A stretch of 19,921 nt of DNA from Chlorokybus atmophyticus (taxonomy: Eukaryota > Plantae > Mesostigma and Chlorokybus algae), in contig RHPI01000351.1 of assembly GCA_009103225.1 (NCBI GenBank), positions 8,943 to 28,863 on the forward strand, read 5' to 3'. The notes under the pieces were generated by a model. It was not told the origin of the DNA, searched no databases, and saw nothing but the letters and a program-made list of their open reading frames with translations. The position numbers and the translations under genes were made by a program. Positions 9,684 to 19,087 of this stretch are shown piece after piece. Numbering within the stretch: the first letter of the stretch is position 1; every line of letters begins with the position of its first letter.

Positions 9684-11085
9684 ATGCAAGCCTTAAGTCG
9701 TAAAGACCCATGTGTGCCCGTGGCCATTGCCACTATCCTTGAGGTTGCCGAGGTCGATGAGCCCTGCCGCACCTACACCGTCCCAATCAATAATTGGTTA
9801 CCAGTGTTTTGCGTGGAGGACAACAGCGTGTGGCCCTTCATACTGATCAAGTCTCAGAGGCTGATGCATGGAAAGTCACCGGAGCACTACACGCATGCCG
9901 AGCTGGAGGTATGTTTGTTTGTGACGTTATGCTTTTGTTACGGCATGTCACCAACTGCGAGTCGAGCGCCGCATGTAGTTGGTTGCAGTGTCCACGTGTG
10001 AAACCGCGTATGACACTTGCAAACTGATGGATTGCATTTTCAGAGCGTGATTGTTGAGTGGCCATTCATGTTCATGAGCAAAATCGGCAACTGCATCTGC
10101 GAAAACGGTGAATGCAGCTTTAACAGGCACGTCCGGATGGGGGAATGCCAGGCGAATATGTTTAATAAATTGGGCCGGAATGCACAGCCAGAAGAAGAAT
10201 ATCAGGTGGGTTAGCTGCAAGCTATATGCAGGGCATCTCTTGTTTCAACCGCTGCCTAGATGCGGCTGGTTGAATGCTGCTAGTGTGCAGATGCAAGGAT
10301 CTCTTATATCCGGATTTAAGAAGATGATGAGGAGCTGGAGATCCTGGTGGCTGCGTGCTGTGGCACTGAGCAGCCACCAACCAGAGCGCAGGTTGGCCAG
10401 TGGGAACTATGGCGGAAGAAGGAGTTGCAGCTGATGACGCGGGTGGCACCTCTTCCCTTCCATGACCATGTTCAGATGGGAAGCATAACAACCCGCCGTA
10501 TCATGCAAGCGGTTGTGCAGTTTGCCATCACGAAGAGATGGATGGGGGCAGACGCTACGCAGAACGGGCTGTTGGGGTGGATACACAAAAGAAAAAAGCC
10601 AGGTACCAAGTTGAGCTCATAAGCCGCTCGTTGACCATTTACAAAATGGCAGCTGTGATCAGTGCACAGTGTCACACTGCAGTCTCTAGGATATGCTCGT
10701 AGGCTGCTCCCATTTAAGCTAATATTGCCAGTGTGAGCAGTCTGGCCATGTGTATGTGCACTAACCATGCATTGTAAATGCAGGCATGCCGGATGAAAGT
10801 GAAACGCCTGAGCCCAAGAGGTTACGCTTTGTGGGGCACTGGGAGCCAGTCGGGACGGAAACCTTGCAAGACTCATACGTATCCCAAAGGGACTTTCACA
10901 TTGTTGCCACTGTTGAGAATGTACATTGTGTTCCTCAGTTGATGTGTTGTTCACACCGAGTGCGCGCAGGGTCTACGACAACAATAGATGTTGGCGCACA
11001 TGGCGTGCACTTGTCCATTCTCACAGGCAATCTACATCTGCTCAGGATTGTGCAAACAGAGGGAACGTGTGCGTGCAGCGACTAG
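9684..11085 (+). pseudogene. Spliced, degraded gene of unknown product inside element A (possible TnpA-like accessory gene)
   Basis: Phase-compatible splice sites: donor GTATGT at 9909, acceptor TTTCAG before 10044, acceptor TGCAG before 10291, donor GTACCA at 10603, branch CTAAC at 10761 and acceptor TGCAG before 10784. In-frame TAA at 10317-10319. Exon ends are uncertain. Confidence 0.45.
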
Positions 11086-11290
11086 ATCACGTGGTGTGCA
11101 CAGCATGCGCTTGATTGGTCATAGGCGGTATGAGTGCTGGAGATAGTTACTGGAAGGCTGCTGTAGCATAGCTGTTTGACAATTTGCCAGTGTCAGCCTG
11201 GTGACAACGGTCTGGCTGATTGCCAGACACGTACCATCCATATAATAAAATTGGTTACTGCAAATTGTGTGATGCTGGTGCATGGGTCAT

Positions 11291-11780
11291 AGACCAGCAT
11301 CGGTGCATGATGTCAGCGGGTGTCGTGCACCAGTGCTGGTCTCGGATGGAAGCATGGACCAGTGCCGCAAAATTTGGATGGTACGCTGCAATTGCTCGGT
11401 GTGGACCAGGCATGGTCCCAACAGCAAACTACCGCTTGGTCCCACGAGTCTGGAGCATGCATGGTCTACGGTGCGAACCAAGGCAGGTCCGACTACTCGG
11501 GACCAGTATCAGTGATGTTCTTGGAAAAACTTTGCTAGGAGAGGACCACTCTTGGTCCATGCAGCAAAGCGAATGAGAGACCAATAGTGGTCCTACTGCA
11601 CACGTGACGACAAAGCAGCCACGGCTGGTCCGGATCCCGGGACCAAGCGTGACAAACCCACATTTTGTTACCCGGCTTGGTCCCCGCATTCGGACTAAGG
11701 CGGGCGACCCTGGTCCGGGCCCTAAGCCGCCCTGGCGTTTTGGCCAGCCCTGGTCCGTACGTGCAGACCAGGGCTGGTCC
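11291..11780. repeat. Subterminal array of 16-bp palindromes GGACCA-N4-TGGTCC plus half-sites
   Basis: Perfect copies at 11403-11418 and 11543-11558; variants at 11291, 11327, 11475, 11578, 11741 and 11765. Confidence 0.9.
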
Positions 11781-11807
11781 ATGCAAAAATTTTCGCGTGT
11801 TAGGGTG

Positions 11808-12566
11808 CGTACATATTGTTAATTGGTGACTCCTCCTTAAGGGGGTCCTCCTCGTCCTTAACAACAACCAAAAAGACTGCACTTGTGATGCCTTCCTCCA
11901 CAAACATCACATCTCCACTCATCACCACCTTGTTGTCTTCTAGCAGCACGCGGTAGGGCTTTTAGTTGAACTCGTAGCCAATGAACACGCCTTTTTTACT
12001 CTTAGGCTCGAGCTTCTTTTGCAGTTGCTTAGGGACAAGATCATATGCTGTAGAGCCGAAGACCTTCAGCATGGAGATGTCTGGCCTTTGCTTTGAAAAC
12101 AACTTTCACGGTAACTAGGCTTGAGATGCCTCCGAATAGCGATTGCGCACATACATAGTTGCAATGAGCAACGCAATTCCCCACCTGTGGTCTTGCATCT
12201 TTGCATCCACTAGCATTGCTCTGACTTTCTTTAATAAAGTCCTGTTCATCCTCAGCTGCTCCATTCTGCTGCGGGGTGTAGGGTGCCGTGTATTAGTGTG
12301 TGACCCCACGCTCAGCTAGCCAAGTCTTTAGCTCTTTGCTAATGTACTCGCCTCCTCTATCTGTTTGCACTGTCACCATCTTCTCTCTTGACTGTCTCTC
12401 CAGTAGGGTGAGACCTTCTACAGCTGTGCCGACACTTCTGACTTCAAGTGCAAAGGCACCTTCACCGCGACCTTGCTGTATTCAGCGATGAATGTGCAAA
12501 AGTATCCGTACCCTTCAGCTGTTGCCACAGGCAGTGGTCCACACATGATGTGTACACATCAGAGTG
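11808..12566 (-). pseudogene. Copia 3 integrase fragment, disrupted
   Basis: Motifs HSDV..CGP, VQTDRGGEY, YTAPYTPQQNGAAE, MNRTLLKKVRAML, LKVFGSTAY, KKLEPKSKKGVFIGY, SGDVMFVE. Several stops and frameshifts; cut on both sides by CAC-terminated elements. Confidence 0.92.
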
Positions 12567-12597
12567 CACCGGTAATTCTGTGCCCCCCCGATTCCTG

Positions 12598-13180
12598 AAT
12601 TTTCAGACTGTTTGGTCTGAATAGTCAACAAAAACAGGGGTGAATAGCCTAGAATACGGCGTCCCTGGCTCCTGCATGTCGAGGTGACTATTCAGACCGT
12701 TTGGTCTGAAAGGTGTTAAAGCCTGTTCAATGTAATTGTCGGTGAATATCCCTGTGGCAATTAAATTGCACACTAGTCCTATATGTGGGGCATTTATTCA
12801 CTTGCAGTGGAGCTGTACATTCAACCTGTATGGTGTAGTGCTGTGACCATCACATGTATTACACCACTGAATATTCAAGCAGGAATCGTTTGAATACTTG
12901 TAGTTAGGCAAGACAGACTCTTGCAAAAGCGTTGAACATTCACAGGCAGGATTCGTTTGAATACCTGTAGTATTCCATATGGCAGCTGCAACAGACTTGA
13001 ATATGCACGCAGTGATTGTTTGAACACTTACAGTCACCCAAAACTTTCACTTGCAGTAGAGTTGAATATTCACCCTGTATGGTGTGGTGCTGCAACTGTA
13101 CTACACCACTGAATATGCACGCATGTATTGTTTGAATACTCATAGTGATCTAGCCTGCACACTAAGTCCTACATGTGAGT
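12598..13180. repeat. Subterminal repeats of element B: TGAATA/TATTCA motifs, two TTCAGAC-GTCTGAA hairpins and a ~100-bp direct repeat
   Basis: Hairpins at 12602-12621 and 12691-12710 are mutually inverted. Direct repeats start at 12798 and 13047. More than 10 TGAA(T/C)A motifs. Confidence 0.85.
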
Positions 13181-13357
13181 AGTTATTTAATGGCAATGAA
13201 GTTGAACAATGGTAAGCTGCTGTTTTACGACCGTCAATGTTACTATGAATGTTCAAGTGATTTCGAGTAGAACAAGACCGATATATGCAGTGCTACTGAT
13301 AATATTCACAGCAGTCCGTCCAGCCAGCCCAGCAATGTCAGCTGAATGGCAGCCGAC

Positions 13358-13362
13358 TTACA
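13358..13362 (-). promoter_or_regulatory. Chlorophyte-type poly(A) signal TGTAA
   Basis: TGTAA on -, ~80 nt after the TnpA-like stop codon. Confidence 0.5.
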
Positions 13363-13442
13363 ACAACACATTCAATGCTGACTACAATGTATGTCTGCTA
13401 ATCAGAGCTGCACTTGCAGGTGGGAATCTCCTGCGGCAATAT

Positions 13443-16330
13443 CTACTTCCTGCTGCTTCGCCCCCGACCACCCCGACCACCCCGACCACCCCGACTCCCC
13501 TTCCCACGGCCTCTCCCCCGCGGTGTGGATGTGCCTTCCTTTGCTGGCAGCTCCCTCACCTTGATGGTCTTCATCAACCTAGTAGGCCAAAGTAGCAACA
13601 ACCCCGCCTCGCACTCTTCACATGCATCAACCACACATGAATACGTCAGACGCAGTGTGTTGTCATAACGCACGCACAGTCAGCACGCAATCATCGTTCA
13701 CCTCTCAAGTGGGTCACTTGCACTCCAACCCCATCACGCTTGAAGCTGATTGGCAAAGGCACAACCTCTTCTTCCCCTGCACCAGGACGTCTGGTCCTAG
13801 TGATGTGAAGACTGCGGCTGAACTGGACCACCATGTTACCCTCTCCAATCTTCTTGCCATAAAACTTGTTGACGGGCTTGATGTCGCTTACGTGCGCCTC
13901 CCCTACTGGCTCCTTGCGCCCATCGATGAACAACTTGACTTCATCACCAACCTTCATCGTCGGTGCAGTGTCATCCTTGTCGCTCAGGTCTTCCTGCGCA
14001 TGCAAGTGACAAACACATCAACTGGCAGACACATACACAGATGCACTCTCCTATATAGCGCTTGCAAAAAAACCTGCCTTTTGGGAGTCGTTGTCACTGT
14101 CGTTGGGGCTGTTCGCATCGTCCTTGGCGCCATCTTCATCGTTGTCCTCGCTTTTGTCTGTCTCGGATACTTCTGAATACGATGGCTCATCCTGTGCAAC
14201 CAGGTGGCACGCCGTGTTATCAAGCTTACAATTGATAGGCATGCATGCGAGTCTGCTGCAGTGACAGTTTTTCTGCAACCAGAAGGACCCAAGAAGCCTA
14301 TAAGCGCACATAGATGGTCCTTCATACCTCCTTTTGCTTGCCCCTCTTTTGATCCAACATCTTCTCCTGCTTGCCAGTCGAGGGGCCTGCCTCCTTAGAC
14401 TTGTAGGGAGCCGGAATTGAGCGAACAGTCTTTGCTTTCTTTTGGGGGCTTAACACCTCAGTCTCCTGCCAACAGCATACACATCAGATTGTGAGCCACA
14501 ACGTAATGCTATGCCATTCGTTGTGAAGCAGCGTGGTGCGTACATCACCAGACACTTTGCGCTTCCCTTGCCCTCTGCCTTCCTTTTCTTTCATGAGCTC
14601 CATGACATTCGCGGCGTCCTGTGTCTACATGTGGTGCGATTTCGGTTGCAAAAACTGATATGCTTGTTAGATACTTGCTCCAGTCGTTGTTGCATACCTT
14701 GAGAGCTGAGCTGGTATCACGCACATCAGCATCCTGTTTGGCAGGTGCCTGAACACAACAGTCATGAACGGTCATGATGACATGTACAGGAGAGTACAAG
14801 CATTTGGCTGCTCGTGTAATGATGACAGACATCTAACCTGTGAACCAGTAGCGGGTGACCTTGTGGGTTGTGGCGCAGTGCCTTCCTTGTTACCTATCGC
14901 ACGCACAAGGCACCGATCAGAACAGTGTATACACAGTACCTCCCGCAGCGACCCGCGCGCGCAAAACATGGCTCACGCTGCGAGGTGACATTTCGGTCGT
15001 CGCTGGCGTTGCTGGCGGGAGGTGAACGCGTGGGCGCCGTGCATGCACAAGGGACTATCATACACACCTCACACCCTGCATACATAAGGCACCATCAAAC
15101 ACAAAGCGTTTCGTTCTCAACATAGTCATTTACCAAACCGTAGCTCACCCTGTGAGGTGGCATTCTCGGCGTCGCTGGCAGAGTGGTGCAGCGAGGAGCT
15201 GTCTCTTGCCTTTGACTTGTCTTTGACCTGCAATTATGCACATGGCAAAGGCACTTAAGACATGCAAACATTGCACAGACAACTCAGTCACTGCATGGCA
15301 CACACCTTGTTGTTCTTGTCCCTGGGCGCTCCCTTGCGCTTTCGCTCAAACCCCCCTGCTTCAGCGCGCTCTATCATCTCCTTGTAACGTTCCCTACTCT
15401 TCTGTCTCTGCCTTTCTTTGTGCTTGGCGTTGGTATATGCCTTTTTGTTGGTAAGAAAGTCCTGAATTATCGTTTTTGCCTGCACCAGGCCCAGAGTGGT
15501 GACTGCCACCGAATGCAAAATCCTTCAAGCTTGAACTATGCTGCTCGGCACAACTGGTGACACTCTGACAACCTTGCCAACCTTTTCAGGACGGAACTCT
15601 GGATGAAGCAGATGCCAGCATGTAACTGCAAGAGCAAACTTAAGTGGGTCCTGCTTCGTCTGGGTCTTCCCCGGTAGCGAACGACAGTACTCATAGCAAA
15701 TCCGGCCCTTGTCCGCCAGCTTTGTGATATCGCGGCGATCACTGGTATGATGCTGACCACGCCAATGAAGGACCTTTAGTGCCTGCACAGTGCAAATATT
15801 GCATACTAGAGCGCTGTTACAACAATATCAACAGTGTGAGTTGCTTGTGCAAACCTCAGAAATCGAGACAGACTCCAGCAGCACATGCTCATATCGACAG
15901 TGGTTGCTTGCACATCATTGTAAGCTCACTTTCAAGGGCATCATTGCTGTGGTCTCAAGGTCGCGGAGGTGAGCCGTCTCCTCAGATTTTTCCCACTCAC
16001 GCTGGAGCTGCTCATCTGATGGTGCACCAGCACTTTTGCCCCAGATCTCATCGTCCAAGTTTTCCCAGCCTCCACTCAGGTCGCTAGACCGCCCACCAGA
16101 CGTCGTGCCTGACATGACCACTGCTCCACCTGTGTATTGAGTAGGTCAAACTAGTAGGTCAAACTGCTTGTCAAGCTGTGCACAACCGCAACACTGTTCA
16201 ACCAGAAACCTCAGTTAACTGCCTCAGTTGACTGCAGCTGCTTGGCCATGTGCATGTGCTTCACACATCAAGCAAACCGTACTTTACCTTGCCGAAGCAC
16301 GTCGTTCAGCTCCCTGCCAGCTGCTAACAT
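13443..16330 (-). CDS. Multi-exon TnpA/ORF2-like protein (~560 aa) with a C-terminal TNP1/En/Spm-like domain and RGG tail
   Basis: Hand-spliced exons: 16330-16288, 16129-15930, 15782-15582, 15479-15306, 15227-15149, 15075-14977, 14893-14838, 14748-14698, 14618-14544, 14465-14328, 14191-14078, 13993-13702, 13615-13443. They total 1695 nt and are open to TAG. VGEAHVSDIKPVNKFYGKKIGEGNMVVQF..PLP..LRECEAGLLLLWP resembles, from recall, the Transposase_23-like module of CACTA ORF2 proteins. One junction (14078) needs a GC donor or an alternative acceptor. Confidence 0.7.
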
Positions 16331-16614
16331 GACTTAGTCCAGCTGAACAGCAAGCTAGCAGGCAAATGCCAGTGCATGCACAAACCTTGCCTGCATGTCT
16401 ACAAGAAAGCTGTGCTTTATGGTCATGAGGAATTGAGCATGAAACCGATAGCAGCACAGTGAGACAGACAAGTGTGCCGCTAGCAGCCGCTCACCTACCG
16501 CCGTCGTCGCCGCCGCCAACACCACGAGCAACAAGCACTGCGTAGGGTACTGCCGTGCGTATGGAATCGATTGTGCATTCTGCTCGACACGTCAGCAAAT
16601 GTGCTTATCGGACA

Positions 16615-16681
16615 CCAGTCACGACTCACGACTCTGTCTCCGACCTCCCCCAGTCACGACTCACGACTCTGTCTCTGACCT
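16615..16681. repeat. 35-bp tandem duplication upstream of the TnpA-like gene
   Basis: CCAGTCACGACTCACGACTCTGTCTC(C/T)GACCT at 16615 and 16650. Confidence 0.9.
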
Positions 16682-16740
16682 ACCATAATAAATGCCGCCT
16701 GTCACAAGCACAAAGATGACAATGAATAATATTGCATTCG

Positions 16741-16789
16741 TGTACTATAGTGTACCAAATTGCTTATGTACTATAGTATACCAAATTGC
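16741..16789. repeat. 26-bp period tandem duplication in an AT-rich spacer
   Basis: TGTACTATAGT(G/A)TACCAAATTGC at 16741 and 16767. Confidence 0.9.
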
Positions 16790-16842
16790 GATAATAAAGA
16801 ATAAATAACTCGAACATCTGTTTAGGCGGAGCTACAACCCGT

Positions 16843-16930
16843 AGTTGTCAACTACTACTGCCAGTGTGGCTCACGAATTCCACACTAATGTGGATGTTGC
16901 GAGACCCACTGGTAGTAGTAGTTGACAACT
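16843..16930. repeat. 88-nt foldback (24-bp arms, 1 mismatch)
   Basis: AGTTGTCAACTACTACTGCCAGTG pairs with CACTGGTAGTAGTAGTTGACAACT; inner stem TCCACA-ctaa-TGTGGA. Confidence 0.92.
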
Positions 16931-16980
16931 CACCCACAACCATCACAACTGCAGACGCATTTACAAGAAGAATGCAACCA

Positions 16981-17095
16981 TGCAACCTGGACACCGAGGC
17001 CTTACGCACGAGGCTGCCCCAGCGTTTTGCGCCAACCAACTTGTGCAAGGGCACAGGGAAGGACACCGAGGCCTTACGCACGAGGCTGCCCCAGC
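16981..17095. repeat. 72-bp tandem repeat, array 1 (~1.5 units)
   Basis: GGACACCGAGGCCTTACGCACGAGGCTGCCCCAGC at 16989 and 17061. Confidence 0.92.
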
Positions 17096-17385
17096 ACATA
17101 CACCAACACATGTCGGGGAATGCAATCTGTGACGGACATCAGCAGACCATGTACACAGCCTAAGTTGTACTCCCACCATTGCATTCTTTGATGCAGTGCT
17201 GCAGACTGATCGCACACATGCATCTACACATACTTACATGCAAGGATATATATACATGGGGCCAAGGGCTTGCTCGCCAATGTCACTGGCCAAGGTCACT
17301 GCTGAACCTGGTACATGGCTCAGACAGCACCACTATGACAGCCTGAACCTGCACAAAACTGTACACGCATTGCATGTGCACAGAG

Positions 17386-17928
17386 TCACTGGGCCTCGGG
17401 TAGCTGCATGGGCCAAGGTCCATCCACGATAGGTATGATCGGCCCTGCGCGCAGCACATCCCCCACAACTGATCCCGATGCAAGGCTCCAGCCAACTGGA
17501 GTCTGATTGACGGTCTCGATGGTGAGACGCACAGCAGTGTAGCCAATGACGCCAACATCGAAGGACGTGAGCAGTGGCATGGGAGCGGGCTCAGGGTCGG
17601 GCACAGGGTCGGGCGGCGCCGCCGGGCTGGTGGCTCTCTCATGCTGCGATACATTGCACGTCACTGGACCCTTCACAACGGTTCGAATAGCAAAAGGGCC
17701 AGTGTCCTCGTAGCCATGCGTGGATACCGCCCAGTCATCAAGCTTGCTCTGCTTGTATCCGTCACCGATGCTAACCTTCCCCAACCAGCGCTGCACCTTC
17801 CCCGGGCGCTTGCCCACCTGGAAAGGTTTGTCAGTCAATTCTGAACTCATGTATGGCAATGGCTGAGGCGTCTTTAAATGCGTCTTGGGACGCTTTGCCA
17901 GGCTTCCGCTCGCGGATGCTTCCATGAC
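17386..17928 (-). CDS. Probable terminal exon (~180 aa) of an unknown spliced gene
   Basis: Acceptor CATGCAG before 17928, open frame to TGA at 17386, TGTAA at 17234-17238 on -. Candidate upstream exons near 18525-18550 and 18695-18757. No recognisable domain. Confidence 0.45.
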   Translation of the reverse strand, partial: VMEASASGSLAKRPKTHLKTPQPLPYMSSELTDKPFQVGKRPGKVQRWLGKVSIGDGYKQSKLDDWAVSTHGYEDTGPFAIRTVVKGPVTCNVSQHERATSPAAPPDPVPDPEPAPMPLLTSFDVGVIGYTAVRLTIETVNQTPVGWSLASGSVVGDVLRAGPIIPIVDGPWPMQLPEAQ

Positions 17929-18007
17929 CTGCATGCACATGCACGCAGGTATGACTGAGTTCACGGGCTTGCAATCGAAGGAAACTTACACACCACGACA
18001 AGCAACG

Positions 18008-18506
18008 ACACAAGCCCAAGCCCCCACCCCCCAACCACCACACACACACACAGACACCAGCACACGCACATATGTGAAGGCAAGCAAGTAAACCATCCAA
18101 GCAATCGCACCCAAGCGCAGGTGACCACCGCAAAACTACTGAAACTGAAAACCACACGCATAATGCAAGCATGCAACCTGGACACCGAGGCCTTACGCAC
18201 GAGGCTGCCCCAGCGTTTTCCCCCAACCAACTTGTGCAAGGGCGCAGGGAAGGTCACCGAGGCCTTACGCACAAGGCTGCCCCAGCGTTTTCCCCCAACC
18301 AACTTGTGCAAGGGCGCAGGGAAGGTCACCGAGGCCTTACGCACGAGGCTGCCCCAGCGTTTTGCCCCAACCACGAGAAGTAACAACACAAGCCCAACCC
18401 AACCACCCACACACACATGCACACACACACACACACCGGCACACGCACAGATGTTCAGGTAAGCAAACAAACCAAGCAAGCAAGCGCTCCCAAGCGCAGG
18501 TGACCA
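18008..18506. repeat. Duplicated ~120-bp CA-rich segment flanking the second 72-bp array
   Basis: ACACAAGCCCAA..(CA)n..CCCAAGCGCAGGTGACCA at ~18008-18127 and ~18386-18506. Confidence 0.8.
18172..18372. repeat. 72-bp tandem repeat, array 2 (~2.7 units)
   Basis: Units start at 18180, 18252 and 18324; same leader TGCAACCT as array 1. Confidence 0.92.
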
Positions 18507-19087
18507 TCAGCTGCTTACCGGCGAGGGCGGCGGCACGGGACTTCCTCAACAAAGACTAGCACCGGCGGCGGCACGGGACTTCCCCACAAGAACATGGGCG
18601 CTCTATCATGGCTAGCCATGGCTATGGCGGCGTGGGTGACAGCGACATGATACCCATCAGGGCTACCTATCAACTCAGGCTTGTCAGACTCACCGCCACA
18701 ATCAGCAGAAATTGCAGCCTATTTGCACCGAGTTGAGCAAACAGCCGTTTGGCCAGCTGTTACACCCCTCACAACTTGAGAGGCGGGTGTCAGGTAGTAG
18801 AATATCGCTCAACAAGACCGATCAGGTACGAATTAGGGTTTGGAGTTGCGGGCGGCGTGGTCGGCGGCAGTATCAGCGGCGTGGGCGGCAGCGTCGGGGG
18901 TGACTTTGCGACTGTCAATTCTCAGTCCTCTGCTGACGCACTAGGCTTTCAGCAATGGGCTGAGACTTGACAGGGTGCCACATTATGAAACCCTCGTCCA
19001 CGCCGGTTGTGTGCATGTGGGCGTCAAGGTTGTTGCAGTTGTAGTCTTGTTTCCGAAGGCGCCGCCGCCGTCTCTCTTCCCACAGTG

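Larger units (their letters stand above)
9576..11807 (+). mobile_element. CACTA/EnSpm-like DNA transposon A, 3' part
   Basis: Dense subterminal palindromic repeats end in TTTTCGCGTGTTAGGGTG (a CACCC terminus on -). Copia 3 coding sequence begins right after 11807. The other terminus is not in the window. Confidence 0.55.
12567..16700 (-). mobile_element. CACTA/EnSpm-like DNA transposon B (may extend to or past the window end)
   Basis: Begins CACCGGTAATT exactly where copia 3 homology ends, followed by ~600 bp of subterminal repeats and a TnpA-like gene. The far terminus and a DDE transposase were not found. Confidence 0.6.

Noticed and set aside
11220-11903. ORFs overlapping the GGACCA/TGGTCC array, and a CRISPR-like reading of that array
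   Set aside because: The ORFs are by-products of the repeated motif. The repeats are 16 bp or shorter with irregular spacing, in a eukaryotic context with no cas genes.
749-12295. In-frame TAG/TAA at positions where Gln is expected (749-751, 2102-2104, 12293-12295), raising the idea of a UAR=Gln genetic code as in some ulvophyte algae
   Set aside because: Copia 1 has about 20 CAR-encoded Gln against one TAG. The same frames also carry frameshifts and a TGG-to-TGA change, and the intact TnpA-like gene has no internal TAR and ends in TAG. C-to-T decay explains the pattern.
13622-14176. 184-aa plus-strand ORF
   Set aside because: It is antisense to two well-supported exons of the TnpA-like gene and has no recognisable motifs.
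16981-18372. 72-bp repeats as a CRISPR array
   Set aside because: The units are near-identical along their whole length with no unique spacers.
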